Source of the DNA: Candidatus Eiseniibacteriota bacterium
GTDB taxonomy: Bacteria; Eisenbacteria; RBG-16-71-46
Length of the DNA stretch: 64,000 bases
Direction of reading: 5' to 3'
NCBI GenBank assembly: GCA_038231135.1
Contig: JBBRLX010000008.1
Coordinates: forward strand, 73,614-137,613
This document shows, one piece after another, positions 39,690 through 49,079 of this stretch (position 1 is the first letter of the stretch; every line of letters begins with the position of its first letter). Made by a program: the position numbers and the translations under genes. The notes under the pieces are model-generated. The model did not search any database. It was not told the DNA's origin and saw only the letters and a program-made list of their open reading frames with translations.

Positions 39690-40811
39690 CTAATGCGACG
39701 GCCGCCGCAGGTCGGAGCCGGAATCCTCGCGAGTGTCGTCCGCGCCCAGGTCGGCACGCGTGGCGTGACCCTCGGGGCCGCCCCCGCTCTCGAACGCGTC
39801 GGCGACGTGCACCCCGGGCTCCAGCGACTCGCCGACGCCGTCCTCCGCTTTGCCGTTCGCGCGGGTGTGGTACTGGTCGAACGCACGGATGATGTCGCGC
39901 ACCAGCCGGTGCCGCACCACGTCCTCGGGATGGAAGTAGATGAACTTCACGTCCGGCAGGTGGCTCAGGATCGCCTGGATGCGCACCAGCCCCGACGACG
40001 CCGGATCCTTGAGATCGATCTGCGTGACGTCGCCCGTGACCACCACCTTGGTGTTCGAGCCCATGCGGGTGAGGAACATCTTCATCTGGCGCACGGTGGT
40101 GTTCTGCGCCTCGTCGAGGATCACGTACGAGCTGTGGAGCGTGCGCCCGCGCATGAACGCGAGCGGCGCGATCTCGATGACGCCGAGTTCCATGAACCGC
40201 CGCATCTTGTCGTACGACATGAGATCCGCGAGCGCGTCGTACATCGGGCGCAGATACGGATCCACCTTCTCCTGCATGTCGCCCGGCAGGAAGCCCAGGC
40301 TCTCGCCCGCTTCGACGGCCGGACGCACCAGGATGATGCGGTCCACCTTCTTCGCCCGCAGCGCGTGCACCGCGGCCGCGACGGCAAGGTACGTCTTGCC
40401 GGTGCCGGCGGGCCCGATCGCGAACACGACGTCGTGATCCTGCAGCGCCTTCAGATACTCGGCCTGCATCGGCGTGCGCGCCTTGACGCTCTTGCGCTCG
40501 AACGACCAGCCGGGCGCGCCTTCGTACGACTCGGCGAGCGGCTTGCCGTTGCCGTTCCTGTGACCGAGCCCGAGCGCCACCGACACATCGGCTTCCTCGA
40601 CGACCTTGCCGCGTTCGGCGAGCTCGACCAGTTCCTTGAGCGCCTTCGACGCGGTTTCCACCGCGTCCTCCTCGCCGGCCACCGTCACGGTGCCGTCGCG
40701 GAGCGTGATGCGCACGGCGACGCTGCGCTCGATCTGGCGCAGGTTGGAATCGTTCTGACCCAGCAGAGTGATCGGGTCGAGATGTTCGATCGGAAATTTA
40801 CGAACGATCAC
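39690..40811 (-). CDS. phoH: PhoH-family ATPase
   Basis: GPAGTGKTYLA, RPAVEAGESLGFLPGD, APLAFMRGRTL, LDEAQN, GDVTQIDL, DVVRHRLV. Confidence 0.95.
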   Translation of the reverse strand: MIVRKFPIEHLDPITLLGQNDSNLRQIERSVAVRITLRDGTVTVAGEEDAVETASKALKELVELAERGKVVEEADVSVALGLGHRNGNGKPLAESYEGAPGWSFERKSVKARTPMQAEYLKALQDHDVVFAIGPAGTGKTYLAVAAAVHALRAKKVDRIILVRPAVEAGESLGFLPGDMQEKVDPYLRPMYDALADLMSYDKMRRFMELGVIEIAPLAFMRGRTLHSSYVILDEAQNTTVRQMKMFLTRMGSNTKVVVTGDVTQIDLKDPASSGLVRIQAILSHLPDVKFIYFHPEDVVRHRLVRDIIRAFDQYHTRANGKAEDGVGESLEPGVHVADAFESGGGPEGHATRADLGADDTREDSGSDLRRPSH

Positions 40812-41212
40812 GTCGGATCCTCGATGGGGCTTCGTCTGCAGCCGGAGTCACGGACTGCGAATGGCGGAGTTCCGGTGCCACGGCGTCGCGTCGGGGATCA
40901 GCCCCATCCCCTCGGCATGCGGCCGGGCCGAACTCACGGTCTCCGAAAAGCGCAAAGCTCTTGACCGGAACGACCCACGGGTGGGTCAGGCCAAGAGCGA
41001 GGTCATCGATATGGAAGCTGCGTTTGCGAAGCAACCGCTGATTATCCAGTGACTTACCTCGTCTCGTGAGCTCGGCAACGCGGGTCGCGATTCGTGTCCG
41101 AGACGGCAATGTCACGGTACCACGCAGCCCCCAGCCGGTCAATTTGATGCAGACGAACGGTGTGCGTCGCGGAAAGTATCGGCGGGCCCATGGCGGGGAT
41201 TTACGGGTAGTT

Positions 41213-42043
41213 TTATCTCGCGAACGTCAGTGACGCCCAGTACGAGTCCCAGTCGGCGACGCCGCGGGCAGCGGACGGCACCATGTGGACGGCATTCACC
41301 AGCCATTCGCCGTGGCGCGGCACGGGCACTCGGGCACTGCCGTCGGCGGCGGTACGCACCGAGACGATGGCGCCCACCGAATCGCGAGACCCCACGCCCA
41401 CCGGGACCTCGCCCGCATCCAGTCGTTGCACCCAGGCGCGCACGAGGGCCCCCGCCAGCGGGCGGCCGCACCACAGGAGACGCACTCGCAGATCGGGACG
41501 GGTGCCGGGGACGTCGAGTGGGATCAACTCCAGCGGCATGCCCGCGGGACGCGTGGCGCGCTGCGCGTCCATCCCGGCGATCCACAGCTTCGCGCAGCGG
41601 GCGAATCGTTCGCGGCCGGGCCCGGCCCAGCTGCCGAACCGGGCACGCGCGGTGACGACGGAGTCCAGGCCCTCGAGTTTCAGGTAGGCGTCGAACGCCT
41701 TCGCCTCGAGCTGAATGGGCTTGAACGTGGATTGGTATGTGACGAGCGCGCCGCCGCCGTCGGCGGCGACCCAGCGCGCCCATTGAAATGCCCCGTTGAC
41801 GCCCGCCCGTTTCAGGTCCTGCGCACCCGCACCATGCAGCAGCAACTGCTCGGTATGTGTCGGCGCGAAGGGTGACGACTCACCGCGAAATCCGGTGCCG
41901 ACGCGTGCGTCGATCGCCAGCGTGTCGCCGGCTACGCAGCGATAGCGGGACGGGGACAGCCAGAACTCGTGTGCGCCGGCGACTGCCGCGAACAGCGACA
42001 GCGCCGACGCCGCAATGAGTACCGCCCTTGCGAACCGGTTCAA
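41213..42043 (-). CDS. DUF4198 domain periplasmic protein
   Basis: Signal peptide then AHEFWLSP; FDAYLKLEG, RERFARCAK, LELIP, GEWLVNAVHM, WDSYWASLTF. Confidence 0.85.
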   Translation of the reverse strand: MNRFARAVLIAASALSLFAAVAGAHEFWLSPSRYRCVAGDTLAIDARVGTGFRGESSPFAPTHTEQLLLHGAGAQDLKRAGVNGAFQWARWVAADGGGALVTYQSTFKPIQLEAKAFDAYLKLEGLDSVVTARARFGSWAGPGRERFARCAKLWIAGMDAQRATRPAGMPLELIPLDVPGTRPDLRVRLLWCGRPLAGALVRAWVQRLDAGEVPVGVGSRDSVGAIVSVRTAADGSARVPVPRHGEWLVNAVHMVPSAARGVADWDSYWASLTFAR

Positions 42044-42562
42044 CTAGTGAGCGGTCGCGAGATACGGGAACGTGCCCGAGAATCCGACGTCGTTGGCGTC
42101 GATCCCATCCGAAACGCCGGGACCACCGCCGAGAATATTGCCGCGATTGAGCACCAGGCTGAGCGCCGCATCAATGACGTCGTCCTGCAGTCTGCGGCCG
42201 TTCGGGAACTGGACCGGCTGCGAGAAATCGATCGTCACGATATCCGGAATCACGACCGACGCCACGGTCGCAGGCGTCAGACCGGGGCTGTCTTCGGGGC
42301 CGAGACTGTCCAGCACCGCCGCGCGCAACGCGACTATGGTCGCCTGGGCCGTAGGGCGCCAGTTCACGATGTCGGTCGAGGGTCTGCCGGCATTGAATGC
42401 GTTCTTCGACGCCGGCGGAATGAGCGCGGTGTTGATCGCCGGAATTCCCACACGATCGGCCTGCGTGTAGGTAACGCCGGGCGTGAGCACCTTGTCGTTC
42501 TTCGAGCACCCCGCCGCCGCGACCAGCGCGAGCAGGGCGAAACCCACGAAATATCGGTTCAT
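42044..42562 (-). CDS. DUF4331-family lipoprotein (C-terminal half type)
   Basis: GGAGG SD; lipobox AAGC; QADRVGIPAINT, FPNGRRLQDDVID, NDVGFSGTFPYLA. Confidence 0.82.
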   Translation of the reverse strand: MNRYFVGFALLALVAAAGCSKNDKVLTPGVTYTQADRVGIPAINTALIPPASKNAFNAGRPSTDIVNWRPTAQATIVALRAAVLDSLGPEDSPGLTPATVASVVIPDIVTIDFSQPVQFPNGRRLQDDVIDAALSLVLNRGNILGGGPGVSDGIDANDVGFSGTFPYLATAH

Positions 42563-42590
42563 GGAATCAATTCCTCCTGAAGTCACGTGG

Positions 42591-43259
42591 TCAATTGCGG
42601 GATTCGGTGGACGCCCAGGCCTTGATGGTGCCCGTGTTCGCGTTCGCGGCGCCGGTGAGTGCGGTGATCGGCAACTCCAGCACGATCGCGGCGACATTGG
42701 CGCCGCCGAAGGTGTCGGCAGGAACCTCGTTGGCGTGACGCAGGCCATGGCCCGCCGTCAGCTTGTAGGGACCGGCGAGGAACTGGTGGAACCCGTCGAG
42801 GTCGAAGAAAAACGGATCGTCGCGCGGGCCGCAGAAGATCTTGATGCCGCCGGTGTCGTAGACGATCGGCGCCTGCCCGACCGGCGTCACCTGGCCCGTG
42901 ATCGCGTTCGCCCCCAGGCCTTCGGCGCGCCATGCGAGCGGGCTGCCCGAGAACGTGAATACGACCGTGGCGTCGTCATTCAGATCGCCATTGTTGTCGA
43001 CGTGGATCAGATACCGCGCGTTCGTCGAGAACATCGGCGACGGCGCGGCGCCCGGAAGGTACGGATTCACCCCTAGGACCACGACCAGGTTGTTGGCATC
43101 GGTCGGGCTGCGGAACGCGTAGAGGTCGGTGATGTCCGTCGCATGGTCGATGAGCGTGGAGGGCGAGTCACGGTGGTCCGAGGCGCGCACGTGCCGTGCG
43201 CCGAGCCCCGCGAGGACAATGCCCGCCACCGCCAATCCAATCCGAAGCTGAGTTCGCAT
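42591..43259 (-). CDS. DUF4331-family secreted protein (N-terminal half type)
   Basis: Signal peptide then SDHRDSP, DITDLYAF, VDNNGD, FCGPRDDPFFFDL, DTFGGANVAAIVLELP. Confidence 0.85.
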   Translation of the reverse strand: MRTQLRIGLAVAGIVLAGLGARHVRASDHRDSPSTLIDHATDITDLYAFRSPTDANNLVVVLGVNPYLPGAAPSPMFSTNARYLIHVDNNGDLNDDATVVFTFSGSPLAWRAEGLGANAITGQVTPVGQAPIVYDTGGIKIFCGPRDDPFFFDLDGFHQFLAGPYKLTAGHGLRHANEVPADTFGGANVAAIVLELPITALTGAANANTGTIKAWASTESRN

Positions 43260-43330
43260 CGCGTGTTCTCCTGCGATCTAGAGATCCCAAGTGCGCGGAG
43301 AACGCGGTTCGCCCCCGCCCGTGTACCTGC

Positions 43331-43356
43331 TACGAGGCCCGGCGGATATTGGATGT
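43331..43356 (-). promoter_or_regulatory. Putative ECF sigma (SigK/RpoT-like) promoter of the DUF4331 operon
   Basis: Minus strand aCATCC-16 nt-CGTA, about 70 bp upstream of the ATG. Confidence 0.5.
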
Positions 43357-43410
43357 CGGGACACCACGCCGGAGCGGAAGTCCGTTGCGGGGTGGGTCCG
43401 GTTGCGAACG

Positions 43411-43908
43411 CTAGCGGCCCGGCTCCTCGACGAGCTCGACGAGCGCCGAGCCCGGGGTCACCATTTCACCTGCCGTCACGCGCACCTGGCCGACGACTCC
43501 GTCGCGCGGCGCTCGGATCAGGTGCTCCATCTTCATGGCCTCGACGGCCACGAGCGGCTGGCCTTTTACGACCGCGTCGCCGGCTTTGACCAGCACGCGC
43601 GACACGGCTCCGGGCATCGGCGCCTCGAGGCCGCCCGCCAGCGCCGCGCCGCTCCGCGGCTCGCCGCCCGCGTCGCGGTCGACGACGAAGTCGAGCGCTC
43701 CCAACCGCACGAACCTGCGCGACCCGGCGGCGGTCACGAGCGCCACCGTCGTCCCGGCATCCGTCGTGAGCCGCAACCGTCCGTCGGGCAGCCGCTCGGC
43801 GCCCAGCTCGAACTCGGACGCGCCGACCCGCACACGCCAGCGGCCCGCGTCGAGTCGCGTGAGTTCGACCTCGCGGCGGTTGTCGCCGTCGCGCCAGAGG
43901 CTCTTCAC
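43411..43908 (-). CDS. Biotin carboxyl carrier protein (BT-BCCP half of acyl-CoA carboxylase alpha)
   Basis: LEAPMPG..EAMKMEH biotinylation motif; GTG start overlaps upstream stop (GTGA). Confidence 0.9.
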   Translation of the reverse strand: MKSLWRDGDNRREVELTRLDAGRWRVRVGASEFELGAERLPDGRLRLTTDAGTTVALVTAAGSRRFVRLGALDFVVDRDAGGEPRSGAALAGGLEAPMPGAVSRVLVKAGDAVVKGQPLVAVEAMKMEHLIRAPRDGVVGQVRVTAGEMVTPGSALVELVEEPGR

Positions 43909-45413
43909 GCGCGGAGTCCCGCCAGCCGCCAGTCGCCGGCCGATTCGTACGGGCTGATCGGGCGGCGTGCGCCGCCGGCCGCTTCCGTGCCGTCGCGACC
44001 GGGAGCCAGCGTTTCCGCGAGCGCCGCGGCCGCGAGCGCCAGCTCGGGAGCCGGCGCCATCATCAACGTGGCGAAGCCGCCGAGGAACTCGCGCTCGATC
44101 CATTCGGTGTCTAACGCGGCGGACCGCATCGCCGCTGAGCGCGCGAGCGCGCGCAGGAACGGCAGGTTCGTCACCACGCCGTGCACCAGCGCCGCGTCGA
44201 GCGCACCGATCAACCGTTCGAGCGCCGTGTCGCGCGTGGGCCCGAACGCCACGATCTTCGCGAGCAGCGGATCGTAGTGCACGGTGACGGCGTCGCCGGC
44301 CTCGATCCCGGCATCGACGCGCACGAACGGCCCGCGCGGCCAGTGCACGCGCAGCGCCGTGCCCGCCTGCGGCAGGAAACTCCGCGCCCCGTCCTCCGCG
44401 TAGACGCGCGCTTCGATCGCATGACCACGGCGTGTGACGTCCTGCTGGTGGATCGGCAGCGAGCCCAACGCCGCCACCATCACCTGGGCGCGCACCAGGT
44501 CGTGCCCGGTGATCAACTCGGTGACCGGATGCTCGACCTGGAGGCGCGTGTTCATCTCGAGGAAGTAGAACGTGCCCTCGGGACTCACCAGCATCTCGAT
44601 CGTGCCGGCGCCGCGATACTTCACCGCCTGCGCGAGCCGCACCGCCGCCGCGGTGATGCGGCCGCGCAGCGCGTCGTCGAGCGTCGGAGCGCCGGCCTCC
44701 TCGACCACCTTCTGGTGGCGCCGCTGGAGCGAGCACTCGCGCTCGAACAGATGAATCGCGCCGCCCGCGCCGTCACCCAGCACCTGCACCTCGACGTGGC
44801 GCGCGCGCTCGAGCCGCTGCTCGACGTACACCGCCGCATCGCCGAACGCCGACGCCGCGATGCGCATCGCGCTGTCCACCGCCTCGCGCAGCCCGGCCTC
44901 GTCCGTGACGGCGCTCATACCCTTGCCACCACCGCCGAGCGCCGCCTTCACCATCACCGGATAGCCGAGTTTGCGCGCCTGCGCCACCAGCGCATCCGCA
45001 TCGCGCCCCTCCGCCCCCGGCACGATCGGCACGTCCGCCTGTTGCGCCACACGCCGCGCGGCGCGCTTGTCCCCCATTATTTCGATCTGCTCGGGGGTCG
45101 GGCCGATGAACACCAGCCCCGCCGATTCGACCGCCCGCGCAAACGCGGCATTTTCGGCCAGGAACCCATACCCCGGATGAATCGCTTCCGCCCCACCGCG
45201 CCGTGCGGCATCGAGGATCGCTTCGATGTTCAGATAGGAAGCCCGCGGCTCCGCAGGACCGATGAACTCGGCTTCATCGCAGGCCCGAACGTGCAGAGCA
45301 CCACGGTCCGCCTCGGAGAACACCGCCACCGCACGAATGTCCATCTCGTGCAGTGTCGAAGCGATTCGACAGGCGATCTCGCCACGGTTGGCAATCAGGA
45401 CTTTGCGGAACAT
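43905..45413 (-). CDS. Biotin carboxylase of methylcrotonyl-CoA carboxylase (LiuD/MccA-like, lacking BCCP)
   Basis: KVLIANRGEIA, IHPGYGFLAEN, GGGGKGM, ERECSLQRRHQK, EMNTRLQVEHPVTE, YDPLLAK. Confidence 0.93.
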   Translation of the reverse strand: MFRKVLIANRGEIACRIASTLHEMDIRAVAVFSEADRGALHVRACDEAEFIGPAEPRASYLNIEAILDAARRGGAEAIHPGYGFLAENAAFARAVESAGLVFIGPTPEQIEIMGDKRAARRVAQQADVPIVPGAEGRDADALVAQARKLGYPVMVKAALGGGGKGMSAVTDEAGLREAVDSAMRIAASAFGDAAVYVEQRLERARHVEVQVLGDGAGGAIHLFERECSLQRRHQKVVEEAGAPTLDDALRGRITAAAVRLAQAVKYRGAGTIEMLVSPEGTFYFLEMNTRLQVEHPVTELITGHDLVRAQVMVAALGSLPIHQQDVTRRGHAIEARVYAEDGARSFLPQAGTALRVHWPRGPFVRVDAGIEAGDAVTVHYDPLLAKIVAFGPTRDTALERLIGALDAALVHGVVTNLPFLRALARSAAMRSAALDTEWIEREFLGGFATLMMAPAPELALAAAALAETLAPGRDGTEAAGGARRPISPYESAGDWRLAGLRA

Positions 45414-45484
45414 CCGCCGATACTAGCCGACGATCTCAGCGGACGCATGCCCGCCCGACTCCTCGTCCCGCTCGAGAGCGAGGT

Positions 45485-46264
45485 TCACGGAACCCAGCTG
45501 GGCTTGCGCTTGTCGAAGAAGGAACCCAGGCCCTCCCGGGCTTCATCGCCGGACCGGACTTCGGCGAGTGTCTGGGGCAGGCTCGCGCGATATTCGTCGA
45601 GGCCCAGGTTCCCCCAACGTGAGAACAATTCCTTGATGCGACGCTGGGCCATGGGGCCGCCCTTCAAGAGCTCCCCAACACGCTCGTCGACCTTGGCGTC
45701 GAGATCGGCCGCGGGCACCACATGATTCACCACGCCCCAGCGCAAGGCGTCGGCGGCCCCGAAGCGTTCGCCGGTCAGCATCCATTCGCGGGCATTGCGT
45801 TCGCCGAGCCTGCGGATGACGTAGGGACTGATCAACCCGGGGATGATTCCCAGCCGCACTTCGGTAAGCCCGAAGCGCGCGTCGTCGGACGCCACCGCGA
45901 TGTCGCAGGCGCAGCACAACCCGACGCCGCCGCCGTAGACGCCACCGTGGATGCGGCCCACGACGGGCATGGGCAGGTCGGCGAGCGCCGCGAACATCGC
46001 GCCGAGCTGCCGGGCTTCCGTGAGGTTGTCGTCGAACGACGCGTTCGCAGACCGCTTCATCATGTTGATGTCGGCGCCCGCGCAGAACGAGGGGCCGCGG
46101 CCACCGAGCACCACTATTCGCACACCGTCGTCGTGCGCGAGCTGGCGCAGCGCGTCGGTGAGCGCGCGGCCCAGGTCGGGCGACAGCGCGTTGTGCGCCT
46201 CCGGCCGGTTGAACCACACCCGGGCGACGCCGGCGGCGCGGTCCACCTCGATCGGCGCGGTCAT
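45485..46264 (-). CDS. Enoyl-CoA hydratase, probably methylglutaconyl-CoA hydratase (LiuC-like)
   Basis: NRPEAHNAL, FCAGAD, GGGVGL, TEVRLGIIP..ISPYV, EAREGL..FFDKRKP; context next to MCC genes. Confidence 0.85.
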   Translation of the reverse strand: MTAPIEVDRAAGVARVWFNRPEAHNALSPDLGRALTDALRQLAHDDGVRIVVLGGRGPSFCAGADINMMKRSANASFDDNLTEARQLGAMFAALADLPMPVVGRIHGGVYGGGVGLCCACDIAVASDDARFGLTEVRLGIIPGLISPYVIRRLGERNAREWMLTGERFGAADALRWGVVNHVVPAADLDAKVDERVGELLKGGPMAQRRIKELFSRWGNLGLDEYRASLPQTLAEVRSGDEAREGLGSFFDKRKPSWVP

Positions 46265-46399
46265 CGTCACTTCCTCTCCGTCACTTCCATCATCATTACC
46301 GTTCTGAGGGGGGAACACGATCGTGTCGCGATTCGCGGGCACGGGGTGCGCCCGCGCGCATAGCGATACCGCAATCCGCCCGCGGGTGGAAGCCGACCC

Positions 46400-47269
46400 T
46401 CAGGCCAGCGCCAGAGCGATCACGCCGGCGGCGAATGCGGCCGCCGCAAACCGGCGCCGGGTCCGCTCGCCCTCGCCCAGCACCCGGCCGCCGAGCCACG
46501 CGCCGATCAGGATGCTCAACTCGCGGGCGGGGGCGATGTGGCTCAGGGCGCCGTGGCGGAACGCGATCAGGATCAGGATGTACGACAGCGGGCTCAGCAG
46601 CGCGATCCCGAATACCCGCGCGCGGTGAGCGGCCCACACCGCCCGAACGCCGGCCCGATCCCGCAACGCCGCGGGCGAGAACAGCAGCATCCGAATCACC
46701 TCGCCGCCCCAATAGAATATGAGGGGCGGCACTGCGGCCCGCTTCACCGTGCCGCCGTCCCACAGCGTATACATGGCGATCGTGACGCCGGTGGCGAGCC
46801 CGTAACCGAGTCCGGCCGCGAGCTTGCGGTTGGTCGCGAACTCAGCGCGTGCCGTGAGGATCACGACACCGGACGCCACCAGCAGCACGCCCGCGATCGC
46901 GAGCACGCTCGGCGGCTCTCCAAACAGCACGATCGCGCCCAGCGACGCGAGCAGCGGACCGGTGCCGCGAGCGACGGGATAGACGAGCGACAGGTCGCCC
47001 ACGCGATAGCCACGCAACAGGATCAGGAAGTAGCCCACGTGGATCACGGCGCTGCCGAACAACAGGCCGAGCACGGGCAGCGTCGGGCGCCAGCCGTCAT
47101 GCACGATCGCCGCGCAGGCGAACGGCGAGTAGGCCACGGCCGAGATCGCGGTGAGCAGCCACATCAACGGCGCGCTGCGAACTCCGGGACCGAGCTGCTT
47201 GGTCCAGAGGTTCCAGGTGGCGTGGAGGATCGCCGAGGCCAGCACGAGGGCCAGCGTGAATGGAGTCAC
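46400..47269 (-). CDS. DMT/EamA family transporter
   Basis: LHATWN, GDLSLVYPVARGTGP, YTLWDG, PARELSI; ~10 TM segments. Confidence 0.88.
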   Translation of the reverse strand: MTPFTLALVLASAILHATWNLWTKQLGPGVRSAPLMWLLTAISAVAYSPFACAAIVHDGWRPTLPVLGLLFGSAVIHVGYFLILLRGYRVGDLSLVYPVARGTGPLLASLGAIVLFGEPPSVLAIAGVLLVASGVVILTARAEFATNRKLAAGLGYGLATGVTIAMYTLWDGGTVKRAAVPPLIFYWGGEVIRMLLFSPAALRDRAGVRAVWAAHRARVFGIALLSPLSYILILIAFRHGALSHIAPARELSILIGAWLGGRVLGEGERTRRRFAAAAFAAGVIALALA

Positions 47270-47335
47270 GCTTGCCCGACCGCGGACCCGTGCCTCACGG
47301 CATGCCCAGCCCTCGTGCCATCGCCACCGGCCCTC

Positions 47336-48949
47336 CTACATGCGGAACACGCCGAACTTCATCTCGGGGATCGGGGCGTTGAGCGCGGCCGCGAGCGACA
47401 GCGCCAGCACGGTGCGGGTCTCGGCGGGGTCGATGATCCCGTCGTCCCACAGGCGCGCGGTGGAATAGTAGGGACTGCCCTCGGCCTCGTACTTGTCGAG
47501 CGTCGGCTGCTTGAACGCGCGGACTTCGGCGTCGGTCATCGGCTTGCCCGTGGCCTCGAGCTGCGTCTGCTTCACGGACGCGAGCACGGACGCGGCCTGC
47601 TCGCCACCCATCACGCTGATGCGGCTGTTCGGCCACATGAACAGGAATCGCGGCTGGTAGGCGCGCCCGCACATCCCGTAGTTGCCGGCGCCGAAGCTGC
47701 CGCCGACGATCACCGTGACCTTGGGCACCGTCGCGTTCGCGACGGCATGGACCATCTTGGCGCCGTCCTTCGCGATGCCGCCGTGCTCGTACTGGCGGCC
47801 GACCATGAACCCGCTGATGTTCTGCAGGAAGATCAACGGCGTGCCGCGCTGGCTCGCGAGCTCGATGAAATGCGTCGCCTTGAGCGCGCTCTCGCTGAAC
47901 AGCACGCCGTTGTTCGCGAGGATGCCGACCGGAATGCCGTGCAGGTGGGCGAAGCCGGTCACGAGCGTGGCGCCGTAGCGCGCCTTGAACTCGTGGAACC
48001 GCGAGCCGTCGACGAGCCGCGCGATGATCTCGCGCGCGTCGTACGGCGTGCGCAGGTCGCGCGGCAGCAATCCGTAGATCTCGTCGGGATCGTAGCGCGG
48101 CGCCTCCGGCTCGCGCAGGTCGAGCGCCGGCCGCGTCGAGGTGACGCCGCCGAGGTGCGCCACGATGTCGCGCGCGATCTCGAGCGCGTGCCCGTCGTCG
48201 TCGGCCAGATGATCGGCCACGCCCGAGATGCGCGTGTGCACGTCGCCCCCGCCCAGCTCTTCGGCCGTCACCTCCTCGCCGGTCGCCGCCTTCACGAGCG
48301 GCGGGCCGGCGAGGAAGATCGTGCCCTCGTTCTTCACGATGATCGCCTCGTCGCTCATCGCCGGCACATACGCGCCGCCCGCGGTGCACGAGCCCATCAC
48401 CGCCGCGATCTGCGGGATCCCGAGCGCCGACATGCGCGCCTGGTTGTAGAAGATCCGGCCGAAATGGTCGCGGTCGGGGAACACCTCGGCCTGGAGCGGC
48501 AGGAACGCGCCTCCCGAATCCACGAGATAGACGCACGGCAGCCGGTTCTCGAGCGCGATCTCCTGCGCGCGCACGTGCTTCTTCACCGTCATCGGGTAGT
48601 AGGTGCCGCCCTTCACCGTCGCGTCGTTCGCCACGACCAGCACGTTGCGCCCGTGCACGGTGCCGATGCCGGTGATGATCCCGGCCGCCGGCGCGCCGCC
48701 GTCGTACATGCCGTGCGCCGCCAGCGGCGACAGTTCGAGGAACGCGGTGCCGGGGTCGAGCAGGCGCTCGATGCGGTCCCGCACGAACAGCTTGCCGCGC
48801 GCGGCATGACGCTTCACCAGCTCCGCGCCACCACCCGCCCGCACGGCCGCGTGGCGGTCGCGCAGCTCCGCGGCCAGCGCCCGGTGATGCGCGGCGTTGG
48901 CCTGGAATTCGGCGCTCGCGGTGTCGAGATGCGACTCGAGCTGATCCAT
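47336..48949 (-). CDS. liuB: Methylcrotonyl-CoA carboxylase beta (carboxyltransferase) subunit
   Basis: [70 protein letters not shown]. Confidence 0.92.
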   Translation of the reverse strand: MDQLESHLDTASAEFQANAAHHRALAAELRDRHAAVRAGGGAELVKRHAARGKLFVRDRIERLLDPGTAFLELSPLAAHGMYDGGAPAAGIITGIGTVHGRNVLVVANDATVKGGTYYPMTVKKHVRAQEIALENRLPCVYLVDSGGAFLPLQAEVFPDRDHFGRIFYNQARMSALGIPQIAAVMGSCTAGGAYVPAMSDEAIIVKNEGTIFLAGPPLVKAATGEEVTAEELGGGDVHTRISGVADHLADDDGHALEIARDIVAHLGGVTSTRPALDLREPEAPRYDPDEIYGLLPRDLRTPYDAREIIARLVDGSRFHEFKARYGATLVTGFAHLHGIPVGILANNGVLFSESALKATHFIELASQRGTPLIFLQNISGFMVGRQYEHGGIAKDGAKMVHAVANATVPKVTVIVGGSFGAGNYGMCGRAYQPRFLFMWPNSRISVMGGEQAASVLASVKQTQLEATGKPMTDAEVRAFKQPTLDKYEAEGSPYYSTARLWDDGIIDPAETRTVLALSLAAALNAPIPEMKFGVFRM

Positions 48950-49079
48950 GGGACCTCGGGCGGAGGCGGGCGGCCGCTCCGCGGTGAATCCGCGCGCTGC
49001 CTGCATCCTGGCGCGGAGGGCTTATCACAGGCGACGCATCGCCGTCCAAAAGCCGCCCCACCTGTGCTAACCTCCCTGC

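Noticed and set aside
40798..41142. 114-aa minus-strand ORF upstream of phoH
   Set aside because: TTG start, no clear SD, atypical codon usage, no recognisable domain
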